A stretch of DNA of 64,000 nt, from positions 281,852 to 345,851 of the forward strand of contig JAQGDQ010000058.1 of assembly GCA_030141605.1 (NCBI GenBank). The letters run 5' to 3'. This document shows, in pieces, positions 38,857 through 52,900 of this stretch. Position 1 is the first letter of the stretch. Each line of letters opens with the position of its first letter. The position numbers and the translations under genes were made by a program. The notes below the pieces were generated by a model. The model ran no database searches. It was not told where the DNA came from and saw only the letters and a list, made by a program, of their open reading frames with translations. The stretch comes from Tubiluchus corallicola (taxonomy: Eukaryota; Animalia; Priapulida).

Positions 38857-39206
38857 GTGTAGTATTATGTTATATTACTTTATACATGTATGTCACTTGT
38901 ACCCTGTAGCAATGATTTTAACAAGACTTATATTGTTCTCCATAACTTCGTAATTTCCTAAACGGAAACTTAGCTGAACCACGAAGAGTCGTGCGCCCCC
39001 AGGGCATTGAGTGTGCACGAATTTGGCTTTTGCACCACTAACTGTTTTGCGTCACGTCTGTATTTCTGTGGTTAATGGTCGTGTAACAGGCTGTTGACAT
39101 GTCTTGAAGTACAGACAGTTCAGTGAAATCATACCGTACAGTGAACAAGTTTTAGTGAAGTAACCATGTTATGAAAAAAACTACAAAGTACAGATACATA
39201 TAAACG

Positions 39207-41296
39207 ATGGTGTTTCATAGAGATGGAATCAGTTTTGCGTTTATGTTCTTGTTCAGAATAATCAGCAGGTGTAATTCGTGTGGGTGGGGCGCTGGGCCAG
39301 GCATACCAGTTGCAACTCAACCTTCAATTGTATTCCCTACGGATAAATTCGTAGTCGAAGCTACTGTGGAGCGTCGTGGGGAAGACGATCATACTACCTC
39401 AAGCCTCGCCCCAACGACAATGTCGTCTACTGTGGTACCTGACCCTTACTCCTACATCTACGTAATGGCGGACAAGTTTCAAGAAAGGCCTGAACTACTA
39501 ATCTATGACACCTTCGACACTAACAAAGATGGAGAAGTCACGCTTCTCGAAATGCTGAATACACTGGAAGAATTCAGCATGGTATCACAACAAGCATTTA
39601 GTGATGCTGATATCAACGGTATGTTTGCTTGGCCGCATAAATTTTGGTAGACGAGAATGTAAACTCAATGGCAATAATTAAAGCACAAGAAAACACCATT
39701 CCTAAACAAAGCTTAAAATTCGTCTTGAAATTTTATATCACTTACATGCTGTCTTATTGCATACAGCAGTTGCATTAACAGTACTGTATAAAACTATAAG
39801 TCGTTTGAAACAAGTTTAGATAACATTGGATAAAGTTTCAAAAACAATTAGAGTGTTCGCACACTCTACACTAACAAAACAAAAAATATTAATTACTTAG
39901 TCAACTAATTAGTTAGTCAACTAGCCAAACCCCGCAAAAAGAATTTTGTGCCTAAACTCACAACAAAAACCTACACCACACCACACCACACAACTACCCA
40001 CCACCCCACTCACAACTCACCACCCACACAACACCACACCAACCTAACGTGTAACTTGAATACTGCATTTACCAGCGTTGATGGTTTGTTTGTCTGTCTG
40101 TTTTTACCTGTTTGACTCCTTAAAATATTTCGAACACAGGTGCTAAGTACTACATTTATCACCTATATAGGTTGTTCTAATTTAGTAGCAAAAATTATTG
40201 TAAGTTCCACCTTATTTCCAGATTTGCGTAATTGAAAATTTTTTTGCATTGCGCAAATTAATAATGTGATTGGCGTTTATTAATGAAATTAACAGCGCTG
40301 AAATTAACAGGTGATGGAGCTGTAACGTGCCAGGAATTTCTTGATGCTCCATTTTGGCCGCCTCAGCACAGAGACCAGATTAAATGCACAGGTAACTTTT
40401 TGCATTAGTTATCCTAACGTCTGTGGAAAAGTGTGTGGATTAGTTCTAATGTCTGTATAAGATGCATAGTGCGCACAAGAACTAACATGAGTTGCGAAAA
40501 AGACTTATTTTATTACCGTTATTAATAAGAAGTGTCATTGGCTGTAAATAAAGGTAGGTTGATTGACTGAGTTTAGCCGATTTACGTTACGCATGCGCAA
40601 CTACAGCTTTTTGCTTCTAATGATGCTTCTTTTTTGTGCTACTATTCCTCTTTTTGTTCAACATTTGATTATCAAAAAACTGTTTAGCAATCGTTTTAGT
40701 TGTTACTTTTTGTTAAAAGTTTGTTTATGAAATTCTACAAGTTCCATCATTGCCATGATCTGCTGATACTTATGTCGGACAAAATGCAGCGCTAAAAGAA
40801 CTGTCGGCAAAATTTGGAATGGCAATTCATATTTTTTTTAAATTGACATTTATGAGGTGAAACAAATATTAATTTACTTTAATTAATTAGATTAAACAGA
40901 ATTAAATTAAATTAACCGTCATTCAAACTCACAATTCAGCAGAGCTTTGGAAAACTCGGTGCCGCGACTCCTAAGAAATCAATTAAATGCGAAATACGAA
41001 ATTGTTATGCATACTGGATTTGAGACATGGCAACGTTTTCTTGTGTTTTTGTCGTTTCAGATAATATTCAAATGTCTGCAGCTTTCTCCTTAGCTCATCT
41101 CAGGGATTTTATTGCTTCGAGAGGATTCAGTTGTCCTGCCCCGTTTGGGTCATACCCGAACAAAAATGACTGTTCCAGGTGGTGGGTGTGTTCTTGGGGG
41201 CAGGCTACGCACCGGAGATGTCACACAGGATTGTTGTTTGATAGTCAACTTAAAATTTGCAATTATGCCAATGTCGTCAATTGTAATTCTAAATAA
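39207..41296 (+). CDS. Secreted EF-hand + chitin-binding type-2 protein, copy 2 (242 aa, 3 exons)
   Basis: Exons 39207-39618, 40311-40391, 41061-41296; same intron positions and 81-nt middle exon as copy 1. ...RCNS-CGWGAGPG, S/T-rich linker, EF loops DTNKDGEVTLLE and DINGDGAVTCQE, six-Cys CPAPFGSYPNKNDCSRWWVCSWGQATHRRCHTGLLFDSQLKICNYANVVNC. Confidence 0.9.
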
Positions 41297-41336
41297 ATAT
41301 AAGCATCAGGAGAATTTGTGTACAATACTGTCTGCA

Positions 41337-42032
41337 ATATATATAAATATATAAAAGATTGTCTGTCTACCCGTCTGTCTTTTATACACGCCCCCATGCT
41401 GCAGCATACTTCCAAATGTGGTATACCATAAGAACCAGCACGGTCGCAAAAAGCTTTTAAGCTATGTCAGTTTAAGTCACCGCCCCTTTACAATTCGGCC
41501 GCCAATCTGTGTGTTCTTTAGCACGATCACATATGCTGCAGCCTACGCCCAAATGTGATTTACCATCAGAAGCAGCATGGCATTTGGAAGGTTTTAGGCT
41601 ATGTCAACTAGATCACCGCCCCCATAGCACGAAAATGGCATTTTGGGACATTTTGCCAAATATAATGCCCACGATATACTATAACAACCAACATAATCCC
41701 AGCATTTCAAATATACATATTGTTTTCACTTGATAGATCACATCAAATTAGCCTAATGCCAAAGCTGAAGAGTAAGCCTTCCATTAGTGAAGTTTTCTTG
41801 TGAAGCTGTGACGTTTGTAACGAGACAAATTCGGACATGGGTATACGTACCTAGTGTAATGATATAACAGACTTGTTTATATTTATATATATTATAATAT
41901 AGGATTAGGTCTATTTCAAGAAATGTATTTTTTAATATTAAAATATTTTTCATGTAGGAATTACATTTATTTAAGCATTTATTTGTAATTATCAGGGCGA
42001 GGAATTCAATACACAATCGGCTCAATAGTTAG
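41337..42032 (+). mobile_element. Possible non-autonomous Helitron/DINE-like element with an internal ~137-bp tandem duplication
   Basis: Starts atatataaatatataaaagattgtctgtctacccgtctgtc; related units start at 41396 and 41533 (atgctgcagc...ccaaatgtg...gctatgtca...tcaccgcccc); ends near a CTAG-like ttagt. Duplication is seen, class is inferred. Confidence 0.45.
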
Positions 42033-42429
42033 TAATACGGTCAGAAACAACTGGGGCGCTGGCGTGATGTTTGAATCTATGCTAGGGCTTGTGAGCTTTT
42101 TAACTACAACCAAACAATATTTAATTTAGAACAATAGAACAACCATTCGAATACACGGCATAATGTAAAAAAACAGGCCTAACTAACAAAAGTCTGAAAA
42201 TGATTATATTCTTTTGGTGAAGGATGTCACAGTTCGTGTGCGACCAAGAATTCGTAATTCGCTTAATGCAACTTGAACAGGCGTACCAATAACAGTTTTA
42301 AATAACAGTCTTGTCCTATAAAGTATACTGCAAAACGATTATTAACAAAAGGTAAACATTTTATAATAACAATAATAGTTGTTAATTTTAGAATTTGCCT
42401 CAGTAGTGTTGTCGCCGACTTGCCCCGCA

Positions 42430-42547
42430 ATATATACGTATTTACATACATGTATATATATGTATATATGTATATATTGTATGTATATATGTATATGTAT
42501 ATATATATATGTATATACATGTATATATACATGTCTATATATATATG
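42430..42547. repeat. (TA/TG) microsatellite
   Basis: tatatatgtatatatg run. Confidence 0.9.
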
Positions 42548-42639
42548 GAAAACGCATTGGAGAAAACTCAAAAGAGACGTACACGAGCTTAGCCCTTCTT
42601 GCGGATCCTGCATTGATGTGCACTTTGAAACAATGTCTC

Positions 42640-42935
42640 AGTGCTCAGGGCTGTTCTTGTCAGTTGTTCTAAAATTATTTAAGAACTGTTATCAACTGCA
42701 GAACACCCTGTTTTGCAAAAACAAGATTTCTTCTCAAAACCAGCCAGCTTTAGAACTACGAGGCCATGACTTCAAACTTTTCAATGAATATAACCGAATC
42801 AACATCCGTTCCCATTTTTTGCTTTACGAACGGCCCTCGTTCACTCTCAGCTGGAACCCGGTCTCTGCTGATTTTGCAAATACGTAATAATGTACATAAT
42901 ATTGATAAATTTAAAATGAATATTAGAAGAGACCG
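42640..42935 (+). mobile_element. CR1/L2-type LINE 3' remnant
   Basis: LRGHDFKLFNEYNRINIRSHF...SWNPVSADF matches the RGH.xKL...R..FF...WN.LP C-terminus of CR1-group ORF2. Confidence 0.7.
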
Positions 42936-43322
42936 TATACATGTCTCACAACTTTTATTAGCGTGAACCGCTCGCGAAATTACACAAGTATTTTTATAGG
43001 CACATAGCAACTTATTCTAACTTTTGTTTTGTCCCGTCCCTACTTTATCATATTCTGTTCTATTCAGTTTTTTGTCATGCCCTTTTTGTTCTGCTCTATG
43101 TTTTATTGTATACAGTTCAACTGTGTTGAAATCTATTCCTTTTTCCACTATAAATTTATTTATTTTCATCAGATCATTTTTAGAAATTAGCCTGCGAAAT
43201 TGAATGAGAACGTACATATAAACCGCTACAACAATTTTATTTCAAATAAATTCAAAAGTGAAGAAAAATTTACACGCAGTTATGTGGGTATATGTCACCA
43301 GAGAATATAGTGTCCGCTAGAC

Positions 43323-43900
<578 letters not shown>

Positions 43901-44284
43901 CGCTAGACGAAGCCCTGTGGGATATTACATTTTCTAATGTCACCTACAAGGCATATGTCACATCAAGACACCTACAAAAATTTATACGCTTACAACTTAT
44001 TTAATTTCTTGACAGTGATGCTTTGCTTGTAAGATGCACAAACAAATGGCACAAATATTTGTTTCATTTTTCAAACTAAGAAGGATCCGTTCTACCTACT
44101 CAGTTTACTTTTTCCTGTTATACGTTAAAATTACGTCAACTTGGGTTTGTTTCCTGATATGACATGTTCCTAGTTCTTATTCCAATGAACTGTCTATATG
44201 CGTACTAACTTAGATAAATCGTGTTATAAACGTAAAAATTAATCTAAGTTACGCTGTATTAGGTTAACGCGTTAAGAAATCATA

Positions 44285-45693
44285 ATGGGTTGCGGAAGAG
44301 GACAAGGAGGTGGAAATATTTTATGGAGTATTATCTGGCTTCTGATTCTAATTTTTCTCTCTTTCTTCATAGCTGGTTTTGCGGCACCATGGTATGTTCA
44401 AATTATGTTGAATATATTTCTGTCTATAAATCTCCAAATTGTCGTATTTAATTTCCTATGACGTCACCATTGTTCACTTGTCAAGTCTGTGAACTAATTT
44501 TGTTTGTAGAGTTATAATAAAGCCTTCCTCATCGCGATACGAACTACGGTTCCAAAGTACTGTCCTGTGGAAGATCTCGGTGCGCTTAAATTTAATGACG
44601 TTTGTGAAAGTTATTTGTGAAGTTGAACTGGAACACTTGTAGAAAACAACTAAACACTAGATTGCATGTTTGCACAAAAACTGAAACACTTTTATTGCAC
44701 TAAATACACAGTAAAATGCACAAGTAAAATGAAGATAATAAGTTGCACAGCACTGAGTGTGTGACAGAGAGACAGTGTGTCCCATGAGTTACACGACTGC
44801 ACTGCCTGAGACAGAGAGTGACTAGCAGTGAAATCTAGCCAGTTTATATAGGTAGAGAAGTATGCAAGAACTTGGCTTCACATATCCCATTACAGTGAAA
44901 ATAGGGGAGATACAGTGAGTTTGCATATTCACTGGACCGAACAATTGTAATAAGGGGTGAATTGAACTAGTAAATGTTAAAGTAACTAATCAAGAGATGG
45001 CAGCACCTAAAATATACAGTTACAACTTTCACAACGTTGTAGCAAGCGATAACTAATCACTGAAGAATAGCGCGCGAAGTGTTACGTTATTTATGCAAAT
45101 GCCCCTTTTGACTGGTCGGCACACTTGTAACTGGAACCAAGCATCAGTGCAGGCCTATTTGAGAGCTGCAGACCGGAATCTCGCTAATTATCAAGGCCTA
45201 AGAAAAGCTTAAGCCGGCAGCGATGTTGACTAAGAATATATCATTCCTCAGCGTGAGGAATAGCTAGAATCAATATGGAAAACTAAACCGCTGAGAACGA
45301 GTATATGAAATGATGGAACGATATTGAAGGGATTCCATTTTCAGAAAATAATGGTTCCTAAATTTCCACAGCGAGTTGTGATACCTACGTACGTGAAAAT
45401 TTAGGGCATAAACATAAACATAACATTTGAACATACTAGAGATCTCTACTTTGCGTGTGTGCGATGGTTTCACTTTTATGCCCGCATTTTTGTCACAGCA
45501 TTTTGAAATTTGCTGCCTTTCTCAAAAACAATGCAATTACAGGTGATTGTCTGTATTTTTCAGGTACATAATTGTGTACTGTATTGAGGCATGCATAACA
45601 GCTATACAACCGGTCAGCGAGTTCTTATTAAAATGTGTTCAATTTCCGAATTACTGTGCCAAAGCTATGTGTGAGGGAAGAGCACTTAGCTAG
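44285..45693 (+). CDS. Small hydrophobic Cys-rich protein, paralog C (78 aa, 2 exons)
   Basis: Exons 44285-44391 + 45564-45693: MGCGRGQGGGNILWSIIWLLILIFLSFFIAGFAAPW/YIIVYCIEACITAIQPVSEFLLKCVQFPNYCAKAMCEGRALS*. Confidence 0.9.
44603..45033 (-). mobile_element. Solo LTR, 431 bp
   Basis: TG...CA ends with 10-bp inverted termini tgtgaaagtt / aactttcaca; perfect 5-bp TSD acgtt (44598-44602, 45034-45038); minus-strand TATA-like (plus tttatata ~44843) and AATAAA (plus tttatt ~44691) in the expected order. Confidence 0.85.
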
Positions 45694-46547
45694 AAGCCGT
45701 GCCAGTCGGGTATCCAATGCTAGTCAAATAATAGATTAACAACAAAGATTTTACATAGGAGAATTACTTTATTTATCTGAACCAATCGAGTTTTTATACT
45801 AATGTGTTTCTATAATAAATTTTCATTTTCAATGATTTTAAACGGAAAATGCACAGAATAGTGAATAAAAACTACCTAACGTCATCTAGCATAACTTGCC
45901 ATTTATTCTGGTTGACCTCGGTCTACTTTCAAAGCTTCATTTAACGTGTCCGTATCTGGACTTTTCGAGGTTTCTGATATGGCGGAAATAACGCAGACAT
46001 AGCAATCACTTGTAATCTCTTGAAATTAATCTTAGAAAGTGCTCATTCTCAAGTCAATCAAAATAAATGATGACCGATCTCTGTCATCTGTAATCGTTGA
46101 CAACAAAAGTAATCACGTCACCTAACATCCATGTTCAATTTTGTTAGCTTATAAATAATTACAACACATGATCGATAGAAAAAATTGTTTACTGTTTAAG
46201 GTATAGATCCTAACAATTGTAAAACCATGTGGTCTGTGAAGGCAACTCAGTATGATTTATTTTATTGAAAGCTGGTCGCTAAATGAATAGGAAGAAAAAA
46301 TTGTATAAGAAATTACAAAAGAATCTGTATAAGTTTAATGTGTGAATGAGCAATGCTGTTCAGACTCGCGCAATTTCCAATATCTCTTTACGCATGATTT
46401 TAAAAACAATTGTAAAGCTGAGAGGAGCAGTAGGTCTTGTGACACCACCAAATTACGTTACTCTGAATTGATGAAATCACTACATCTTAAAACACGCAGC
46501 ATTACTTAATTAAAACGTGCAGTAAAGCACTTCTCACAAAATGTTTG

Positions 46548-47041
46548 CAGTGGCGGCTCGTGTATAGGTACTGTGGTACTGCAGCAACCCCTGTTTTCAC
46601 TCATTATTATAATATCGATAATATTCAATGCAATAAGACTTTTTTCATTAGTTCTTTATTCTTTGCGGAACCGGAGCACGAGAGGGAAGTACAAATTGCT
46701 TCGCAGCCCAAGCAACGCAGTGTTTGGCTGTTGTACGCACGGCCGGCACATGCCACAGATAACACACTGTGTTTTAGGTAGAAAGAGCACTGTCACTCGC
46801 CCCAGTATGTGTTGTCAGTTGTTACGTGTTTAAAAGCCGTGTTTCGGCATATTCTTGAACTTGAATTTAGGCTATTTGTAAGAAAACAATACTTTTTGTT
46901 TAGGATTTTACTAAAGTTATGTATAAACTTTGTTTGTTTAAAATTACATTTGTTTCTTTCGTTTTATTCAGTATTAAAACAATAGCTAAAAAATTTTAAT
47001 TTTGCAGCGACCCCACTAATTTTAGCTACGAGCCGCCACTG
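46548..47041. mobile_element. hAT-type MITE, 494 bp
   Basis: TIR cagtggcggctcgt ... acgagccgccactg; flanks aatgtttg / aatggttc (6 of 8 match, a decayed TSD). Confidence 0.8.
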
Positions 47042-48669
47042 AATGGTTCACTAAATACTCCCTCCATCACAAAAACTTTATAAAACGATACAAGGTGTTT
47101 ACCTTACATTAAATGTATATTTTGACTAGATAACACAAAATAAATACATTGATTTCTATAATATGGTATTAATTTTATCACAAGAGTGCAAAATACTGAC
47201 AGTGGATTACAGACCTGAGGCGCATTCGTGTACTCAAAGCACTCATTTCACACAAGTCGAGAGCGAAATCTAACCTACACTTAATATCATAGTGGCAATA
47301 ACAATTTAAAAAACAGAAAAATAATATCCATAGCAAAGTAACCCAAGAGTGAAAATTTCATACAAATTTTGAAATTTATATGATGACTTTAAAGAGCAAA
47401 AAAGACCAGCCTGGCTAACTGTACAAGATTGCAGCTGAGTCATAGGTAAAGACATGAAAAGCTTGAGATAATCTATGGCATTTTTTGTTATTTGCACACA
47501 ACAGATAAACAAAATAAATGAATATGGCAACATCTGCCTACCGGATAACCAATAATAATGTCGGCAGTTCAAGGAAGTATTAAATAATGACACCTACTTA
47601 CGTATCTACATACAATACATGCTACTACAGTAAAAGCAAACTCAGAACAGAAAATGAACAATACTCAACTCCAAACTGAATGAGCCAATGATAAATGAAA
47701 ATGTTAACCAGTTTCTGCTAAATAAGAAAACTGTGCATTACATAAGGAAAATGGGTGGCTCATCATAATTTCATCCTTACTTCATCCTAAGTAAACACTT
47801 TAGCATAGAATGTTAATCAGTGTAACACTTAATGCAACAGTCAGCCACGTCACAAAACCAATAAGTGATGCTTATTTTCTAACTAACGGATTTATTGTAT
47901 TGACTGATATTGAAACACAAGTAGTTGCAAAGCGTTTAAAATTTTGTATCACTTTTTACACTTTAAATTTTTGTTGCTGATTACTGAGATTTTCAAAGAA
48001 CAAATGTGATACAATAATATGAAGCATGTTTAATAAACACACAGAATTAGTAATTTCCAATAAATTGGCATAGGAATGGAAACCTGTGGCATTTGTAAGC
48101 TCCTGTAAGTTATAATAATGTGATTATTTAGTGCCAGGCAACAACACGGATACTATCAGTCTATGATTCATTAAATGTGATTACGTGAAAATATAATACG
48201 TTTTGTAACTGTTGTGTAACATTGTGTAACACAAGCACTGAAATCAGAATCTAGTTTATCTTTAGTGCTGAACGTGCGTGCAGAACATTACATAATGGTG
48301 CCTCCTGGATAAAATTACATACCTACAGTAACAGACAACAATTGAGCTTTAAAAGAAAATATACATTTAAGCATCTACAAAATGATAATTTAACAACTTG
48401 AGCAAAGAGCTGCAGTTATCTGGATGCTGAGGATGATTGTACATAGAGAGATGGAACACAATAGAGAGAAAGTTAGAAGCAGCGAAGTAGACTTAAACGA
48501 CATCCACAAATATATTTACAAGTATTCTCTTGCAAAACAAATCAGTCCAGAACAAGGCAATGACATGTACTTTGTATTTACAGTTTTGTTCTGGTCCTCC
48601 AAGTCCTCTAATGAGCTTTCCTGAATTTTCCTGAATTTACACCCCCTTCCATTATCTATATTGAATCTT

Positions 48670-49070
48670 CTGATGCAGATTTTTAGAATTTGCACCCCTT
48701 CCATATTAGCTCTAAATAGCTTTCTGAACCAGACTTTCTAGTTCCATTCTCATTAAATTTAGAGCTTTTCTGAAGTAGGGTTTCCAGAATTTGCACCACC
48801 TTCATTAACTCTAGAGAGTTTTTCTGACTCAGACCTTCCAGATTTTGCACGACTCCCACAACTCTAAAGAGCTCTTCTGAAACGGATTTTCCAGAATTTG
48901 CACCCAATAACTCCAAAGGGCTCTTCTGAAATGGCTTTTCTAGATTTTGCACCATTCCCCATATTCTCTAAAGAGCTTTTCTAATGCAGATTTCCAGATT
49001 TTGAAACACCCAGTTTAATTTCTAAGGAGCTTTTCTAATATAATGCAGATTTTCTGGAATTGCTCTCCCA
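48670..49070. repeat. Degenerate ~60-bp minisatellite, about 6 units
   Basis: Recurring ttccagaatttgcacc...aactctaaagagct(c/t)ttctga units. Confidence 0.75.
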
Positions 49071-49917
49071 GCATTATGAAAGATGAAAAAATATCTTATC
49101 TTACTGCGATAGCATTTTGTGCGATGTTTACTTTGAAATAAACTTTATCAGAATAATAAGGTAGGTATCGAAAACGAGGAAACTGAAGTCTCACCTCTTT
49201 TTTTACTACAGCTATGGCTTGATTCATGTTGCTGGAGCTAGATACCAAACTATAATGACATTAGCTGGGCGACTATTGGATTTATTAAAAGTTACACATT
49301 TTTTTGGAGTTTTCAATGTACTAACAAGTGAATATAAGGCCTTAAACGAAAGTTCCAACCCTTTCTGCCCAAACCAAAAGGTAACATACTCATTTGACTG
49401 CCTTTTCAGCTAGCTGAGGGTGTAATTCTTATCATTTATACTGCTACACCTAATTGTGTGTACATGCACTTATAATTAAAGTTCATCATTAAACAATATG
49501 GGTGAGTGCGCACTTGAGTAAGCAAAACAGAACAGCATTTTGTCTGGCTGGCAAATGTCGGCACTTGAGCATTCAGTAATAAATAGGCTATGAAGTGAGT
49601 AGAGATGCAAAACTGAGATTTAGTGTTGGTGTATCATCAGCAGTTTTTAAGCGTACTTACTAAAACACATCAGTGCTCCTTTAATTTGGGTATAAAATGA
49701 CTATACATGAAGTCAATGTTTTTATGAATAAATCATGCTAAATATTATCAAAGATACTGTTACTGTTGAAATTAGTGGCAAGTGACATGCAGACTATACA
49801 GTGCTAGTTATTTTGAATATGTGTACATTAATTGATCCCAGTAGGTAAGACAGAAGAAGAGCGAGCAGACAAAACCAGAGACGCAGTGACCAATGGCAAA
49901 AACTCATCACTCGTTTC

Positions 49918-52900
49918 TTAGTCGTGCTTTCCACAAACCCACTTCAGCTCCGGATCTTGATAAATGTTTGTAAGCTCTTTCACAGATCTCCATTTACACT
50001 GGCAGGCATAAGCCCTAAAACCTAAGCAAATAATCAGATCAATAAAAAAAACATTAAAACACAAAATACTTAATTACTAATCTTATTACAGCAGACTATT
50101 TGCTCTATGCAATTACGAATAACTTTTACAGCATAAAACAACCTTTTACCATTGACTGTATACGAAATTAATTCAACACCAGTGGAGAGCAAGCCTTGAA
50201 CTCACAGTTGTTTAAAATTCCTGCTTGTGTAACAAAATTTGTGACAAGATACTATTACTACTTATCAACAAGTATACTCTCTTCAGTACTGTATCTGCAA
50301 AGGCATGCCCATATACCTGCTGAGATATCAAATTTAAAAAGCTAACGTCCTAAAAACATTTGATAAATTCCATAAACAGACTTAACAGATTTGTGCAAGC
50401 AGATGTTGGCAAACACATGATTTGTAATCTACCAGTTCCCATACCAAATGTTACTTGTAAGGCCAGAGAAAAGTAAGTTACATCAGGATTTAAGGAGGAA
50501 GGCCAACCCTTAATGGGCATAAATCTTGTCTGGGCCAAGTTGAGTAAGTCGTGTGTACCTGTAGATAATTAACCAATGTACAAAGGGTTTTTAAAGATAC
50601 AAAGCCTTGTTATATAGTCTTCTTCCAATAGCAAAGTAAAAGGGTCTTAACTACATGGCAAGTTTGAAGTGTCAAATTTTTAAGAAGCCATTCACTGCAT
50701 TTGCCGAAAATGCCCAAGAAAAGGCCCCTTACAGTCTTTTATGCTGTTAGTACCGTATATGGCACTCACACTTGAGTTTTCAGATGTAATTAATGCTTCT
50801 ATGTGCAATTATTTTATAATACAGATAATGCTCACTTGCCTTTTTCAGGTAGCAGGTTTTGCTTAAGTTTTTTGAAGTCAGGTACATTATTCCTGAGAAA
50901 TAAATAATCTGTAACGGTTTTCCACTTGTAGTTGTCATACATCACACATTTAAAATCACAGTCAGTACAGCGTAGTTTATCACAAGCTCTAAAAAATGCA
51001 AAAAAATGTGAACAGGTCAAAATAAGCATGCTTTCAATTAGCTTTCTTCAAAATGTACAATGTGAAAAACGTTGAGCAATTATAAAAAAGACTTCTGTGA
51101 ACAAGTTTCAAATTGACTTAGATTTTTGTGCTTCTTAATCCTACAGCATATCTGACGAGAACACTGCCAATTTAATTATTATGACATTAGACTGCACAAG
51201 ATAACATTGGGCAAACATTTAGACAGAGATGCTGTAAGTTTCAAATATGTAAATACAACTGTAAATATGTGAAGTCATAGGTTAGTGTGTTTTAGTGATG
51301 CCATAACCTGAACTCGCTTAATACACATTAAAGATAGAATTTAAAAAGTATCCCTTGCATGACTAAACTGGCCTCTGATATGAGTTGCATATGGGAAAGT
51401 CAAAACTCGGGCAAATCGAGCTCTGGTATGCTCCTGGTACGATGTGTAGATGCCAGCATTGAAAGCCACATTCAAAAATAAATTATAATTATTGCAGAAT
51501 GGTGTTAAAGAGTTTAAAAAGAAAGTCAGCATGATGCTTTATTACATTCGCCTAAAGACGGCACCACAAATATTGCATATGTAATAAAATCTCACACACT
51601 TCATATCTCATGACTTCAAGGTACAAACACTATAAAATTTAATTTACTAACTAAAACTAAAGTTACCCACTAAAAACACTCCATGATGAAAAGTCAAAAT
51701 TAGGGCTCCATTAGACCCTGGTATGCATGCATAGGTGTCAGCATCACGAACAAATGGCAGAGACAACTGAATTTATTTGTTGTACTATGTAAAACTCCAC
51801 AGATTTCATTCTATGTATTATAATAATGACAATAAATTACTTACTTACTTAGAAGGAACACATTGAAATTTTTGGGGCTTACCCCTGAAAAGTACTCTCT
51901 AAAGGTAGAAAATAGAGAAAAACTCTTCGTTACTTTATGTCAGATCTGCTCATGATCTGATCGTTCATTATGAAGCCCTTGCACTTCTTATGAAGTGTGT
52001 AAAACAAGAAAAACAATGCAAGTATGTACTTGGCACTGAACTTACAGCCAGAGTAAACACAAATTTACAATGACTTGATTTGCCACCAGTTTAACTTCAG
52101 GCAAGTTAATAATTAACTGCTTAGTATAGGAATGTTAAATTGCAGTTAATTTGAAAACATCAGTTCTTTACCTTTGATTTCTCTGACTAGCTATTCCAGT
52201 GGTAAAGTTGCTCCCTCCAATGTAGACGGGAAAACATTTAAATCTGCAAGAAAAAAGTGTGCAAATAACAAACCTTTGATTCTGTCCCCAACTCTTATCG
52301 CTTGAGTTATTTATCAGGGACTTTCCCACAAGAAAGCAAGTACAGTGATAAACCCACACTAGTTTCAAAGAAGGAGACAAAGTCCCTTGTTATTAAGTTT
52401 CGTAAAAGGTACAACGTTACTTATTACAGTAGGCGCCATTTATTAGACTCACGGTTAATAGACTCAGTCATGTAATTGACTCAAAAACACCTGGAATGGG
52501 CCACCCCTATTCAACTGTATGTAAAAACCATCGGTAATTGACTCAAATAATCAGAGTGAGCCAAAAGAGCTTTTCTGCCTTTATGTAATCTTTACGTTGA
52601 CTTTACTATAAGATACGTAGAAACAGTAATGTTAAGTACAGCTTTGTTTGTAAGTAGGTACAGTACTTTTTGTCACATGCGCTAATATGTCAGCCTAGCG
52701 CTTTTGCTTTGAATCTGTCACCCGCTCATCTGCTGCAGTTAACCTCGTTGTTTCTGGAAGCTAAACATTTAATCACTTGCCCAGTGGTTTGCTTTTGAAG
52801 CTCCTGCTGCTTTTCACAAGGTCATCACCAACTGCAGCTCAAGCACTAGGTGACTAGGTGTTTTATGTGAATATGTGCAGTGCAATAACAGATTTTCAAT

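Noticed and set aside
48670-49070. Repeat-spacer-like pattern suggestive of a CRISPR array
   Set aside because: Eukaryotic context, degenerate units, spacers related to each other, no cas genes: a minisatellite.
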